In this document: positions 52,596 through 64,000 of the stretch, piece after piece
Layout: the number at the start of each line of letters is the position of its first letter
Position numbering within the stretch: the first letter of the stretch is position 1
NCBI GenBank assembly: GCA_964016885.1
Contig: OZ024750.1
Location: 9,672,001-9,736,000 of the forward strand
Direction: 5' to 3'
Source of the DNA: Eledone cirrhosa
Lineage: Eukaryota
DNA length: 64,000 nucleotides
Notes under the pieces: generated by a model
Database searches by the model: none
What the model saw: the letters and a program-made list of their open reading frames with translations, nothing else
What the model was told of the DNA's origin: nothing
Made by a program: the position numbers and the translations under genes

Positions 52596-52975
52596 TGGCA
52601 GTATCGGTAGAGAGTCAGACGCCATGCTTTGCAGCAAAGAGTTACGGCCCTTTATGGTCTGAATTCAAATCCAGTCGAGGTTAATTTTGCCTTTCATCCT
52701 TACAGGGTTGATAAAATAAAGTACCAGTAATACACTGGGATAGTTGCTAGCCTTTGTGCCAAAAGTAGAAACAATTATTAGGGCGGTGAAATGGCAGTAT
52801 CGGTTGAGGGTTGGACACCATGCTTTCTAGCATAGTTACGTCCCTTTACAGTCCGAGTTCAAATCCTGTTGAGGTTAACTTTGCCTTTCACCCTTACGGG
52901 GTCGATAAAATAAAGTACCAGTAATGCACTGGGATAATTGTTGGCCTTGTGCCAATAGTAGAAACAATTATTATT
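52596..52975 (+). mobile_element. Head-to-tail dimer of SINE family A
   Basis: Two consecutive copies, 52596-52779 and 52780-52975. Confidence 0.9.
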
Positions 52976-53924
52976 ATAAGGTACTGTGTGATTGCAGCTA
53001 TCATCATCATCATCATTTAAAAGAAAGGATATTTTCAGGCAATGGACACACCTTTAATCTTTGCTTGTTTTGGTTCCTTAGGCTACAGACATAACCTAAT
53101 ATGTGTTATATCTACTTTTACAGTTCCCTCATTAAAAGTTGTCACAAAAGAACAATCAAAGACATTTTTAAAAGACAAATAGAATAATTTAACGTACTAT
53201 ATGCTACATTACATTTCTATGTAGATGTGATGGAGCAAAACTGACTTCATATTCAGAAACAGCACCCTAAAATTATCTAAAATCACCCGAATAATTCTTG
53301 CTAAAGAAATGTTTTTATCATTTTGTTAAGCAGTGTTATCCTTTAGTTGTAAATATAATTTTAAACAGATAATGTACTCATGTATAAAGCAAATGATATA
53401 TTTGTAACTGTGTAAAGTGTGTGGTGTGAACAATCTGTGGTGTTTATTTTTGTGGCTTATAAATGTATTGAGTGAGTTTCTCTGCCCTGGGTGTCTGGAT
53501 GACACATTGAAGGAAGAGAAAAAACACAATTAATAATAATAATCTACACAGTAGACTCTATTTCTGAAAGATATTTAATAAATGTGTTAGACCAATCTAA
53601 ATTGTTTCTGACTTAAGATCAAAATATCATAGGATCACAGACTTCTGGGAGATGGTGGTTTACAATAAATATGCCTGAAGGAGAACTGTTAATGTGAGAA
53701 TAAGGAGGAAATTATTTGACAAGAGATAAATGCCAAATGAAAACAGACGCTGCAATACTAAAAAGTTCCACCCTGCTGAGTCGATATATGATCAAATATG
53801 TTTCAAACATTATCAGGCATGTCATTCTTTTTCATTTATAAGGTGGAGGAGATATAGTTGTTATTTTTAACAGGTTAACTGACAACATAGATGCCCACTT
53901 ATTGGTTCACTATCACATCTATTA

Positions 53925-53961
<37 letters not shown>

Positions 53962-55515
53962 ACATTTAAAATTATATATATCATGTTTGAGATAATCTCA
54001 AACAAGTGCCTTCTAAGAATAAGCTCAAAGAAAAATTCAAGGAATAAATCCAAGCATTTAATCATTACTAGATAGTGAATGACATATATACATACATAAA
54101 TATTTAATTTTATAAACATACACTAGAACATATCAAACTTTAACAGGGGATAATCTGTATAGAATGTAAGAACACATAGTTCATTACAGTATCATATTTA
54201 AATTTAACAAAAATTTCAAATATAGATACCTGACAAAAATTATATATATTTTCATTCATACATATCCCTAAAAAATCATGAATACATTTCACCAATAATA
54301 TCAGTGCAGTTCGATGATCAATCTGGATCATATATATGTAACTAGAGCCAGAGAGCTTGCTACACAGAATGTCAGTACTGAGCTATTACAAAATATGTTG
54401 CTATCATTATCTTTCAACACATATTAACTATTAATGTTTTCTCTCATAAATTTTAATTATTCAAAGTTTGCAAATAGAGTTGTTTTGTCATTCTGTTTTT
54501 TCCATGTGTATTAAAAAACATAACTCTGTACACCTAATGTCCATCTCACTGAAAGATTTGTCATCACCACATCATCTTTACATATTTCTCATCTGACAAA
54601 GAATCAGCCTAGAAATGTTAATCTCCAGTTTCATCTCATAACACACCTGTCTTTATTTCCAATTTGCTATTACAGCATACCTGTTCTTTTTTTCCAATTT
54701 GCTATCACAGCATACTTGTATTTATTTCCAATTTGATTTATGCTGAAATAAATCTTCACTAACTTGTATATATGTTGGTTTTTGACAGCTATAGCATTAG
54801 TGTTTGTAATTTCGAGTAAAATATGCCAACATATTTGTTTGGGGGAAAAAATGTGAACTTTGCTGTTATGTAATTTCATGTACATCATATATTTTTCATC
54901 AATAAACTTATAGATGCTAGACCTACCAATTCCAGTTATTATCCTTATTTTTTCACTACAGGTATCAAATTTGTATTAGAATATATGCCCAGAAACCTTG
55001 TGGTATTTGCTCTGATGCTCTGCTTTCTGAGTTCAAGTCCCACCAATGTAAACTTTCCCTTTCCATCTTTTCAGAGTTGATAAAATACAGTATCAGTCCA
55101 GAGTTGTAGATTAGCAGAATTATTAGAATGTTAAACAAGATACATTGCTGTATTTGTTTCAGCTTTCTGAAGTAGAAGACTTAATAAATAACTCGGTTTG
55201 AGGCCTTCATTTGGCCTATAGGTGATTTTAGTGGGGTTCACTTTGTTGTGCGGATTTAACCCAGCTCTTCAACTTGAGAATAACTTCCTCTTTCCCTCTC
55301 ACCAGTCCTTATAAAATTTCAAAAGGTTCATATGTGTCCCAGATCTTCAGCTTGAGGGTAACTTCCTCTGTTCCCTCACACCAGTCCCTATAAAAAAATT
55401 TAAAATTCATGTGTTGGCTTTTCTCCCTAACAAAGTAGAGAAAAAAGAAGTTTCTGTGGATACTGTTAGTGATGGCATATTATTCTAATAATATAAAATT
55501 TTCCAACAATCAATA

Positions 55516-55546
<31 letters not shown>

Positions 55547-56106
55547 TTTTGGGGTCTAAATCTTCAAAACTATCCAGGCATAGGCCGCATGGAAAAAGTA
55601 TTTTAAATGTCTGTAAAAATGCAATAAACAGAAATGAACAAGAAAATAAACATAACTAAATAAAACATATAAAACTGAATAAGATTATTAAGCAGCTATA
55701 TGGTTAAATTGGGGGCTTTGTGATGATTTTATTGCCATAAGATGCAAATGTAAATTGCACCATGCTGCAATTGTTTGCATTAAAGCATCTGTTGGCTAAT
55801 ATTCTCTGAATAGTAATGTCGAATGTCACTTTGAAAATGTTTTGCTTTTGGTTTTTATTATTATTATTTATTTTGTTTTTTGTAGTAGGGGTTACTTGTT
55901 GCTTTATTTATTTTTTTTTTTTGTTTGTTTGTTTATTTTAGTTCTTTCTTTTTCCCCTCATATCCTGCAGAAATAATTTACTTTGATGAAGTTTATACTG
56001 AGCAAAACCTCATGGTTCCAGCAGGCAATCAATTCATCAGAGCAATACATGAAAAACATTTTTCAAACGACAGAAAACAATATAAAAATCAATTACAATA
56101 TATATA

Positions 56107-56137
<31 letters not shown>

Positions 56138-56150
56138 GTATATGTGTATG

Positions 56151-56191
<41 letters not shown>

Positions 56192-57325
56192 ATGTATATA
56201 TGTATATATATGTATATGTGTATATATATATGTATATGTGTATGAATATATATATATATGTGTGTATGTATATATATATATATGTATATGTGTATGAATA
56301 TATGTATATGTGTATGAATATATATATATGTGTGTATGAATATATATATATGTGTGTATGAATATATATATATATGTGTGTATGTATATATATATGTATA
56401 TGTGTGTATGTATATATATATATGTATATGTGTGTATGAATATATGTGTGTATGTATGTATATGTGTATATATATATATGTATATGTGTATATATATATA
56501 TATATATGTGTGTATATATATATGTATGCATATATGTGTGTGTATTTATGTATGTATATGTATGTATATATGTGTATATATGTGTGTGTATGTATGCATG
56601 GGGGAATGTTACACAGAAGGGGGGACCACTGGTAATTAAACCAAAGCATGTAATTTTAAAAATCAAAACCATATAATTGAAGAAGGGGTAGATATTGCGT
56701 GTGTGCACTCTTTCCAGCTGTCTCTTGTAAAAATACAACATTCATAATAATAATAAAAGCAGCAGATTTGTTATTTGCATATATTTATGTGTCTTTGGCA
56801 TGTATGTCTGTCTTGCATTCATGCAGCAAATACCATTACTGCGTACACCTATGCTCATTTATGTAAGTATGTATGTGTGTATTTATCTATGTATGTACGT
56901 ATGTGTTTCTGTATATTTATATGCGCAGTTCTTGTTGTTGTTGTTGTTGTTTAACCTCCATGTCAGACCTGTTTGAGTAAATCCATTATTAAAGACATTT
57001 CAAACTTTGGCCATTCAGTTTATATATGCATATGTATATATATATATATAATATACGTCTAACCCATGCTAGCATGGAAGAACGGACGTAAAACGGTGAT
57101 GATGATGATAATTTGTATAGATATGTATGTGTGTGTATATATATATATTGATATATATTTATATATATGACTACATTAAGCCAATGTGTCATTTTGTGTA
57201 TGCATATGCATATTGATTATTTCAAGGTGGTAGTGTGTGATATAAAAGATATTTTGCTGCTATTTCTAGCAGGTTTAACAACTGTCAGTGGATGCCAGTA
57301 GAATGGCAGGAGAAATCATGAGGAA

Positions 57326-57398
<73 letters not shown>

Positions 57399-57765
57399 AA
57401 TCAGCTATGGTGGTTATGTCAGCAAGACATTGGACTAGCAATAAATATTACATCATAGTTTCTCAAGATCAAACATTTAATTTATAACCTGGTCCACCAG
57501 TAAGGTACAAATAATTTGATACTCATAGTTACAACAGTAACAATATTACAAGATTGATCTTGGAGCCACTGACTTTCTGTGTGAGGTTTACTATATCTCT
57601 TTCTCACTTCCATTCTAGAACTTTCTCTATCCTTGAAGAAATCTGCTGTATTCAAACCTGGGGAAGAGATGGGCTTTGCCAGGTTTTAAAAATGCCCAAG
57701 AAATGCTGTAAATCAAGATGTATTCATGTGTGTTGACATTAAAAAGAAATATTAATTGAAAGATT

Positions 57766-57958
57766 AATGGCCAGTGGATTGGCAGTATCGGTAGAGGGTC
57801 GGACGCCATGCTTTGACGCATAGAGTTACGGCCCTTGCCATTCTGAGTTCAAATCCCGCCGAGGTTAACTTTGCCTTTCATCCTTATGGGGTCGATAAAA
57901 TAAAGTACCAGTAATACACTGGGTAATTTCTGGCCTTGTGCCAAAAGTAGAAACAATT
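57766..57958 (+). mobile_element. Young SINE family A with 15-bp TSD
   Basis: attaattgaaagatt at 57751-57765 and 57956-57970. Confidence 0.92.
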
Positions 57959-58471
57959 AATTGAAAGATTCTACCGATATTGATAGAGTATCAGATAGAA
58001 TTCTTTGCAGTGTTTGTTCTGGTTCTCTGCCCTCTCAATTCAAATCCCGCCAAGGTCAATTTTGCCTTTCATCCATTCTAGGTTAATAAAACAAGTTCCA
58101 GTCAAATACTGGAGTCGATTCTTCCTCTATATCTCTTTCTCACTTCTATCCTAGAACCCTCTCTATCCTTGAAGAAATCTGTTGTATTCAGACCTGGAAA
58201 GAAGATGGGCTCTGCCAAGTTTTTAAAAATACCTAAGAAATGTTGTATGTTAATATGGCACCCCTGCAATTCCCTCAGGAGTTACGGGAGCATACATACC
58301 AATATTCTTCATAATCATATTGTATTCCATTTGTATTATTTATATTTCTACATATGTAATACTTCTATAGATTACTTTGGGTTTCATAGCAGTATAATAC
58401 CTTACTAATATTTATCAGTGAGAAGCAGGTGAAACTCCAGAGTAACAAGACTCACTATTTAGCCTTAACCC

Positions 58472-58695
58472 TTAACCCTTTAACATTTACATTACTCTAT
58501 ATTTACTATTGTATTTTTTCAGGCTTTATCTCACCTGATTATCTCGCATAATATCGAATTTATGAGACCTTGATATTATTTATTTTGAGAACACTACCTT
58601 AATATCAGTGTGAGCAGCCGGTTATGGCTGGTTTAAACAGAAAGAGGTGAGAAAATTCTGGTCGGATGCAGCCGATTTAAATGCTAAATGGTTAA
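58472..58695 (-). mobile_element. piggyBac-like MITE copy (reverse)
   Basis: TTAA-ccctttaacattta ... taaatgctaaatgg-TTAA. Confidence 0.85.
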
Positions 58696-59286
58696 TAAAA
58701 TGAATATTTAAACTCTACTTCAGTATTGAGTACACTTTTCACTTGGCCTTCAACTACATATGGATATACACATACTCACATACACATATGTACATGGATA
58801 TACTTTCATTGAAAATGCTCTAAGAGTGTGTGTATATGTGTGTGTGTGTGTGTAAAGCAAATATATAAAAAAAACTACCTAACAGAAGAGTAAACAATAT
58901 GGTAGACAACTGCCTTAATACTGACATCAAAACTACTTTAGTGGAATCAAAAAGGAAAAGAAAATATGATATAAGCTTTTACTATTAAAAATATGGTTTT
59001 GCAATGGTATCTTTAGGGAAATCTACAAAATGACTTCAGTAAAACAGTTCTGGCAGCTATTAATATCAACGACAGCAAGTATATCAAAAGTAGCAGAGCC
59101 ACTATATGAAGAAATAGTAGCTTAAAACAAACCAAAACAAAAGAAATATATCTATTTTTATATTTTATGTATATTTTTTTGTTGTTGTTTATGTATGTAT
59201 AATGTTTGTTTTATTTGGTCGTCATATAATATATACATAATAGATATGTGTAGTGTGTGTATGTGTGCATGTGTCTGAGTGTGTGA

Positions 59287-59318
<32 letters not shown>

Positions 59319-60244
59319 TCATCATCACCACCATTTAACGTCTGTATTCCATGTTTGCATGGGTTATATGGCCTGTCATGTACTGTGGGTCTGTTTTGGG
59401 GTATGGTTTCTATGGTTGGATGCCCTTCCTAACACCAACCACTTTATACTGCATGTATGTATGTATATATATATATATACTGTAATAAAAGTTAGGTTGA
59501 AATATCCAAGGGTAAGAGCACTCACTCCATAGGATGATGAGTTTAGTATAAATAATTACAACAGTGACATAAACAGTTACACAAGTTTCGTTGAGTTCTG
59601 GGCCCCAACTCATTCAGCCTGTCATGAGAAATAAAACAAAACAAAAAAAAAACAGAACCCAACGAAACTTAAGTACCTGTTTATGTCACTGTTGTAATTT
59701 ATATATATATATAAATGAGATCGAGATCATGTAGGTGTCACGAGAAAAAAACACACAGTCCACGCTGTAATGTGGCCGTGTAGGTAACACGGTAAAAAGT
59801 TCCCAGTTCCACACTGTAAATGTGGTTGGTGTTAGGAAGGGCATCCAGCCGTAGAAAACCTGCCAGATAGTCCTATATGAGCGAGACACGGTCACCCGAC
59901 CAACCTTGCCTCAAGTGGGACAACTCCCGTCTAACCCATGTTAGCATGGAAAATGGACGTTAAACGAAGATGATGATGATATGTGTGTGTGTAATTGTAT
60001 AGTACATTGGAGTTGTATTTACACTTAGGTAACACAATTTGAATTATTTGATGTAGTCCCTTTACACTTGATGATGCGAGAAATAAATTCCTGGCATCAG
60101 TCGACTCAATTACAATATTAAAGGAAAACACCATGAATAACATTTCAACAGTATTTACGTCAACTACAATAGATAACAACAACACCAGCGAATAGCAAAG
60201 GGGAAAGAATTTATATATATGTGTATGTATGTATATATATACAA

Positions 60245-60760
60245 CAAAAAGCACTCAACCCATACTGTAAAGTGGTTGTGTAGGTATCACGACAAAAAGC
60301 ACCCAGTACACACTGTAAAGTGATCATGTAGGTATCACAACAAAAAGCACCCAGTACACACTGTAAAGTGATCATGTAGGTATCACGACAAAAAGCACCC
60401 AGTACACACTGCAAATGTGGTTGGCATTAGGAAAGGCATCCAGCCATAGAAACTAAGCCAAAATCTGTTCTGTGTGAGCAAAACACAACCCTCCAGGCTG
60501 GATGTCTCATAACAGAACAGCACGTCTTACCCATGCTAGCATGGAAAATGAACGCTAAACAATGATGATATATATCATTCTCGTGACATAACAAAAAGCA
60601 CCCAGTCAACCCTGTAAGGTGGTTGTGTTGGTGACATGACAAAAAGCACCCTGTTCACCCTGTAAGGTGGACATTTTAGTGTCGCAATAAAAAGCACCCA
60701 ATCCAAACTAACATGGTTGGTGTTGGGAAGGGCATCCAGCTGTAGAAACCAAGCCAAAAT
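60245..60760 (+). mobile_element. Two family C elements; the first carries four tandem 48-bp head modules
   Basis: caaaaagcac at 60245, 60293, 60341 and 60389, then ttaggaaaggcatccagc and the RTE-type tail. Confidence 0.85.
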
Positions 60761-61739
60761 CCAGTTTATTTCATGATTGCACTTACTGGCTGCTAACCAC
60801 TTCTGATATTGATGTTGATGAGGAGGATGATGATGATGATATTGATAATGATGATGGTTATGATGGGGGGGGGGGGTAATATGGAGGAGGCGGTGTGATG
60901 ATATTGATGATGAGGAGGAAGTGAAGTGATAATGACGATGATGATGATGAGGAGGAAGTGGGGAAGTGATGGTGATGACGATGATAAATATGATAACTCT
61001 GCTAAGCTGGCCTCATCAATTGTACAATATTGATTACTATCACTAGTGAGGTTTGTCACTGCTGCTGCTGCTGCTGCTAACACAGGTTTCCTTCCTTTGT
61101 TACACCCCCACCCCACCACTGTTATCCCACCCCCTTACCCTCTCACCCCACCCCACCCCTCTTCACTGTCCACCTATAAACACTGAGACAAAAACTTGAC
61201 ATTGCAATGATTGATCAACACAACACACTTTAACAGTCCTACATTTTCTACTCAGTTTTGGGAAGATGTCATCTGCTACTGCATCTTTCTCTCTCACTCT
61301 CTCTCTCACTCTCTCAATCTCTCTCACTCTCTCTCTCTCTATCTCTCTCTCTCTCTCTCTCACTCTCTCTCTCATTCAGAATATCATTGATAATATAACC
61401 AAGACCTTGTACATTGTTGTCATTTGTTATTGAGCTTCTGTCTCTACTGACAACAAGTGCTTCAGTTGTTTGATCAATGGAACAGCTTACTCATGACATT
61501 AACGTGCAAGTGGCTGAGCATTCCACAAACATGTCTACCCTTCACACAATTCTCCAGGAGATTCAGGGCATACAGCCCTAAAAAGCCTGGCAAATAAATG
61601 GTTGGGAGGACCTTTCAGTTATGTTAAAGACATGACAACCTCTCCTGTACACTAGATAGAACATAAGACCATATGTAAGTGAGGTAACAGACCCCTCGAC
61701 TTGTCTAGGAGACCAGTAGTTCCACTTCCATACTGACTT

Positions 61740-61950
61740 GGTCTATGTGGGCCTGTCCAACACTTGCTAACATGTGTGCATCATTTGTAATATGGTCATG
61801 AATACAGGAACAACACCAAACTCTGAAGTTCTCCTCTACAGAATACAGAATGTAATACACCATATATGAGGAATGCTGGAGAGTAAAATCCCAAATGTTA
61901 GTGTACACCATTGCATAATTCAAAAAAGGAAGATTGCTATCAATTGCCAA
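61740..61950 (+). pseudogene. Possible hAT (Charlie/SPIN-type) transposase remnant
   Basis: Plus strand gives PNVSVHHCIIQKRKIAINCQ, resembling the HCxxHxxxL motif. There are stops upstream. Confidence 0.3.
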
Positions 61951-62573
61951 AATGTTACATTATTGTTGTTGTTGTTGTTGTTGTGACAATATTTTTGGTT
62001 TTAGAAGACCCTAATTTTTTAAATCTTTATTTTGAGAAATCAGAAGCATAACATTGGCTTCAGTTGGCGATACATTTTTCTCCTTCTTCCTAAAATAACC
62101 ATATTTGGCAGATTTTTATCACAGAATAGCAACCCTTGGCAACTCTCTCTAATTTCTTAAACTCATTCACACACACACACACGCACATACACATACACAC
62201 TTATACAGGTGGGCATACATACATGCACACATACACACATATAAATATTGAAAATCTAAAAAATACAAGAATTAAACAAAATACATTACAGAGAATAAAG
62301 TGAAGTTTTTGTGTTGGTTAGAAACGACTGACAGATATAAATATATGTGTCTGTGTGAGTAAGGGTGTCGGTCTGTGCTTGAATGTGTGTGTGTGTGAGT
62401 GTATGTGTGTAACTGTGTTTTGTTTGATTGTGTATACACAAATTTATGTTAATATTTATATTGGTATATTTACATATCTTACTCTGTTTTATAAACATAG
62501 ATGCACACACACACATATCTATATATATATACACACACACATATACACACACACACACATATACACAGGCATT

Positions 62574-62617
<44 letters not shown>

Positions 62618-62627
62618 GGCATTTATG

Positions 62628-62670
<43 letters not shown>

Positions 62671-63189
62671 ACACACGTAGACAGGCATTTATGTATGTAT
62701 AAATATATATATATATCTATATATATGTGCATATAGACAGGCATTTATATATGTATATCTATATATATATACACACATATAGACAGGCATTTATATATAT
62801 ATATATATACACACATATAGACAGGCATTTATATATATATATATATACACACATATAGACAGGCATTTATATATATATATATATACACACACCAGCACCA
62901 TCATTCATCATCGTTTTTCACATCTGTTTTCCATAATGGCATGGGTTTAACAGTGATTTTTTTTTTCTTTATGCCAAACCTGACATTAGTTTTAAGTAAG
63001 GTTCTTATTTCACTGGTCACCACGAGCTGCAAAACATATTGTTTATGTGGGACATAAACGAATGTCACCAGCAATGTCAATGTGAAAACATACCGGGAAG
63101 AGGGGTGGGGACACAAACACACTTATAAACATACTTGCAAACTCTTATAAACACACAAACACACTTATAAACATATGCACTCCCTTCAT

Positions 63190-63226
<37 letters not shown>

Positions 63227-63318
63227 TAGAAGTATTTAATTTGTTGGAAGTCCGACAAACATAAATGTTTATAACTGATTTAGAGCACTCAAATAAATAT
63301 ATAAATGATATTAAATTA

Positions 63319-63356
<38 letters not shown>

Positions 63357-63365
63357 TTGTGTCCT

Positions 63366-63422
<57 letters not shown>

Positions 63423-63885
63423 AAGACAATGTCACTGGACCGAGATCTTTGGCGCTACACAGTAATAGAGAAGATCCGCCTTACCTAAAGTGCAAAGTGA
63501 AACCTACTACAGTCAGTAGGCACCTCTAACAAAATACACCCGCGTCCCACTACCCCCACCCCATCCACACCACTCCTTTCAATGTAAAGTTATGTCGGTA
63601 CCACAACATCCAGCCCGAAACAAATGAGGTCGTGTAGGTGTCACGACAAAAAAAAACACACAGTCCACGCTGTAATGTGGCCGTGTAGGCAACACGGTAA
63701 AAACCTCCCAGTTCCATACTGTAAATGTGGTTGGTGTTAGGAAGGGCATCCAGCCGTAGAAAACCCGCCAGACAGTCCTATGCGAGCAAGACAACCACTC
63801 TTGCCTCAAGTGGGAAAACTCCCGTCCAAACCCATGCAAGCGTGGAAGATGGACGTTAAACGAAGCTGATGATGATGATATCTCA

Positions 63886-63973
<88 letters not shown>

Positions 63974-64000
63974 TTGTGTCCTGGTATATATATATATTTA

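Noticed and set aside
55971-56100. Strong plus-strand acceptor (cctgcAG) followed by an open frame EIIYFDEVYTEQNLMVPAG
   Set aside because: No canonical donor before the (TA)n field and no recognisable homology; unsupported without RNA data.
56037-56741. 234-aa and other [12 protein letters not shown] ORFs across the window
   Set aside because: Dinucleotide microsatellite translations.
57626-58245. ~90-bp direct repeats suggesting LTRs
   Set aside because: No TG..CA ends, PBS or internal ORF; the interval is filled by SINEs, so a local duplication is more likely.
58463-58480. Telomere-like ccttaacccttaaccc
   Set aside because: Only two units, explained by a short duplication of the TTAACCC MITE terminus.

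Overview
AT-rich, microsatellite-saturated eukaryotic DNA, most likely an octopod cephalopod (Octopus-like). That assignment is inferred from recalled SINE and MITE families, not from a database search. I cannot support any host protein-coding gene: nearly all listed ORFs are translations of (TA)n, (CA)n or (GGT)n tracts. The recognisable coding remnants are all transposon-derived: a young 5'-truncated L1/Tx1-type LINE with a perfect 16-bp TSD (23.7-24.7 kb), RTE-clade LINE fragments, a decayed Penelope-like element (RT plus GIY-YIG, 12.85-14.3 kb), a CR1-like remnant and a possible hAT remnant. Several SINE families and DNA-transposon MITEs (piggyBac-like TTAA, Tc1/mariner, hAT, Kolobok-like) make up much of the rest. 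The most interesting structure is non-coding: (i) minimal type-I hammerhead ribozymes, two of them inside near-perfect fold-back inverted repeats next to (TA)n tracts; (ii) several tandem arrays built from, or abutting, TTAA-CCC MITE termini; (iii) modular SINEs that share their 3' tail with an RTE LINE in the same window; (iv) many long hairpins or palindromes that could form dsRNA; (v) a CCAAT/E-box promoter candidate followed by exon-like segments with little or no coding potential.
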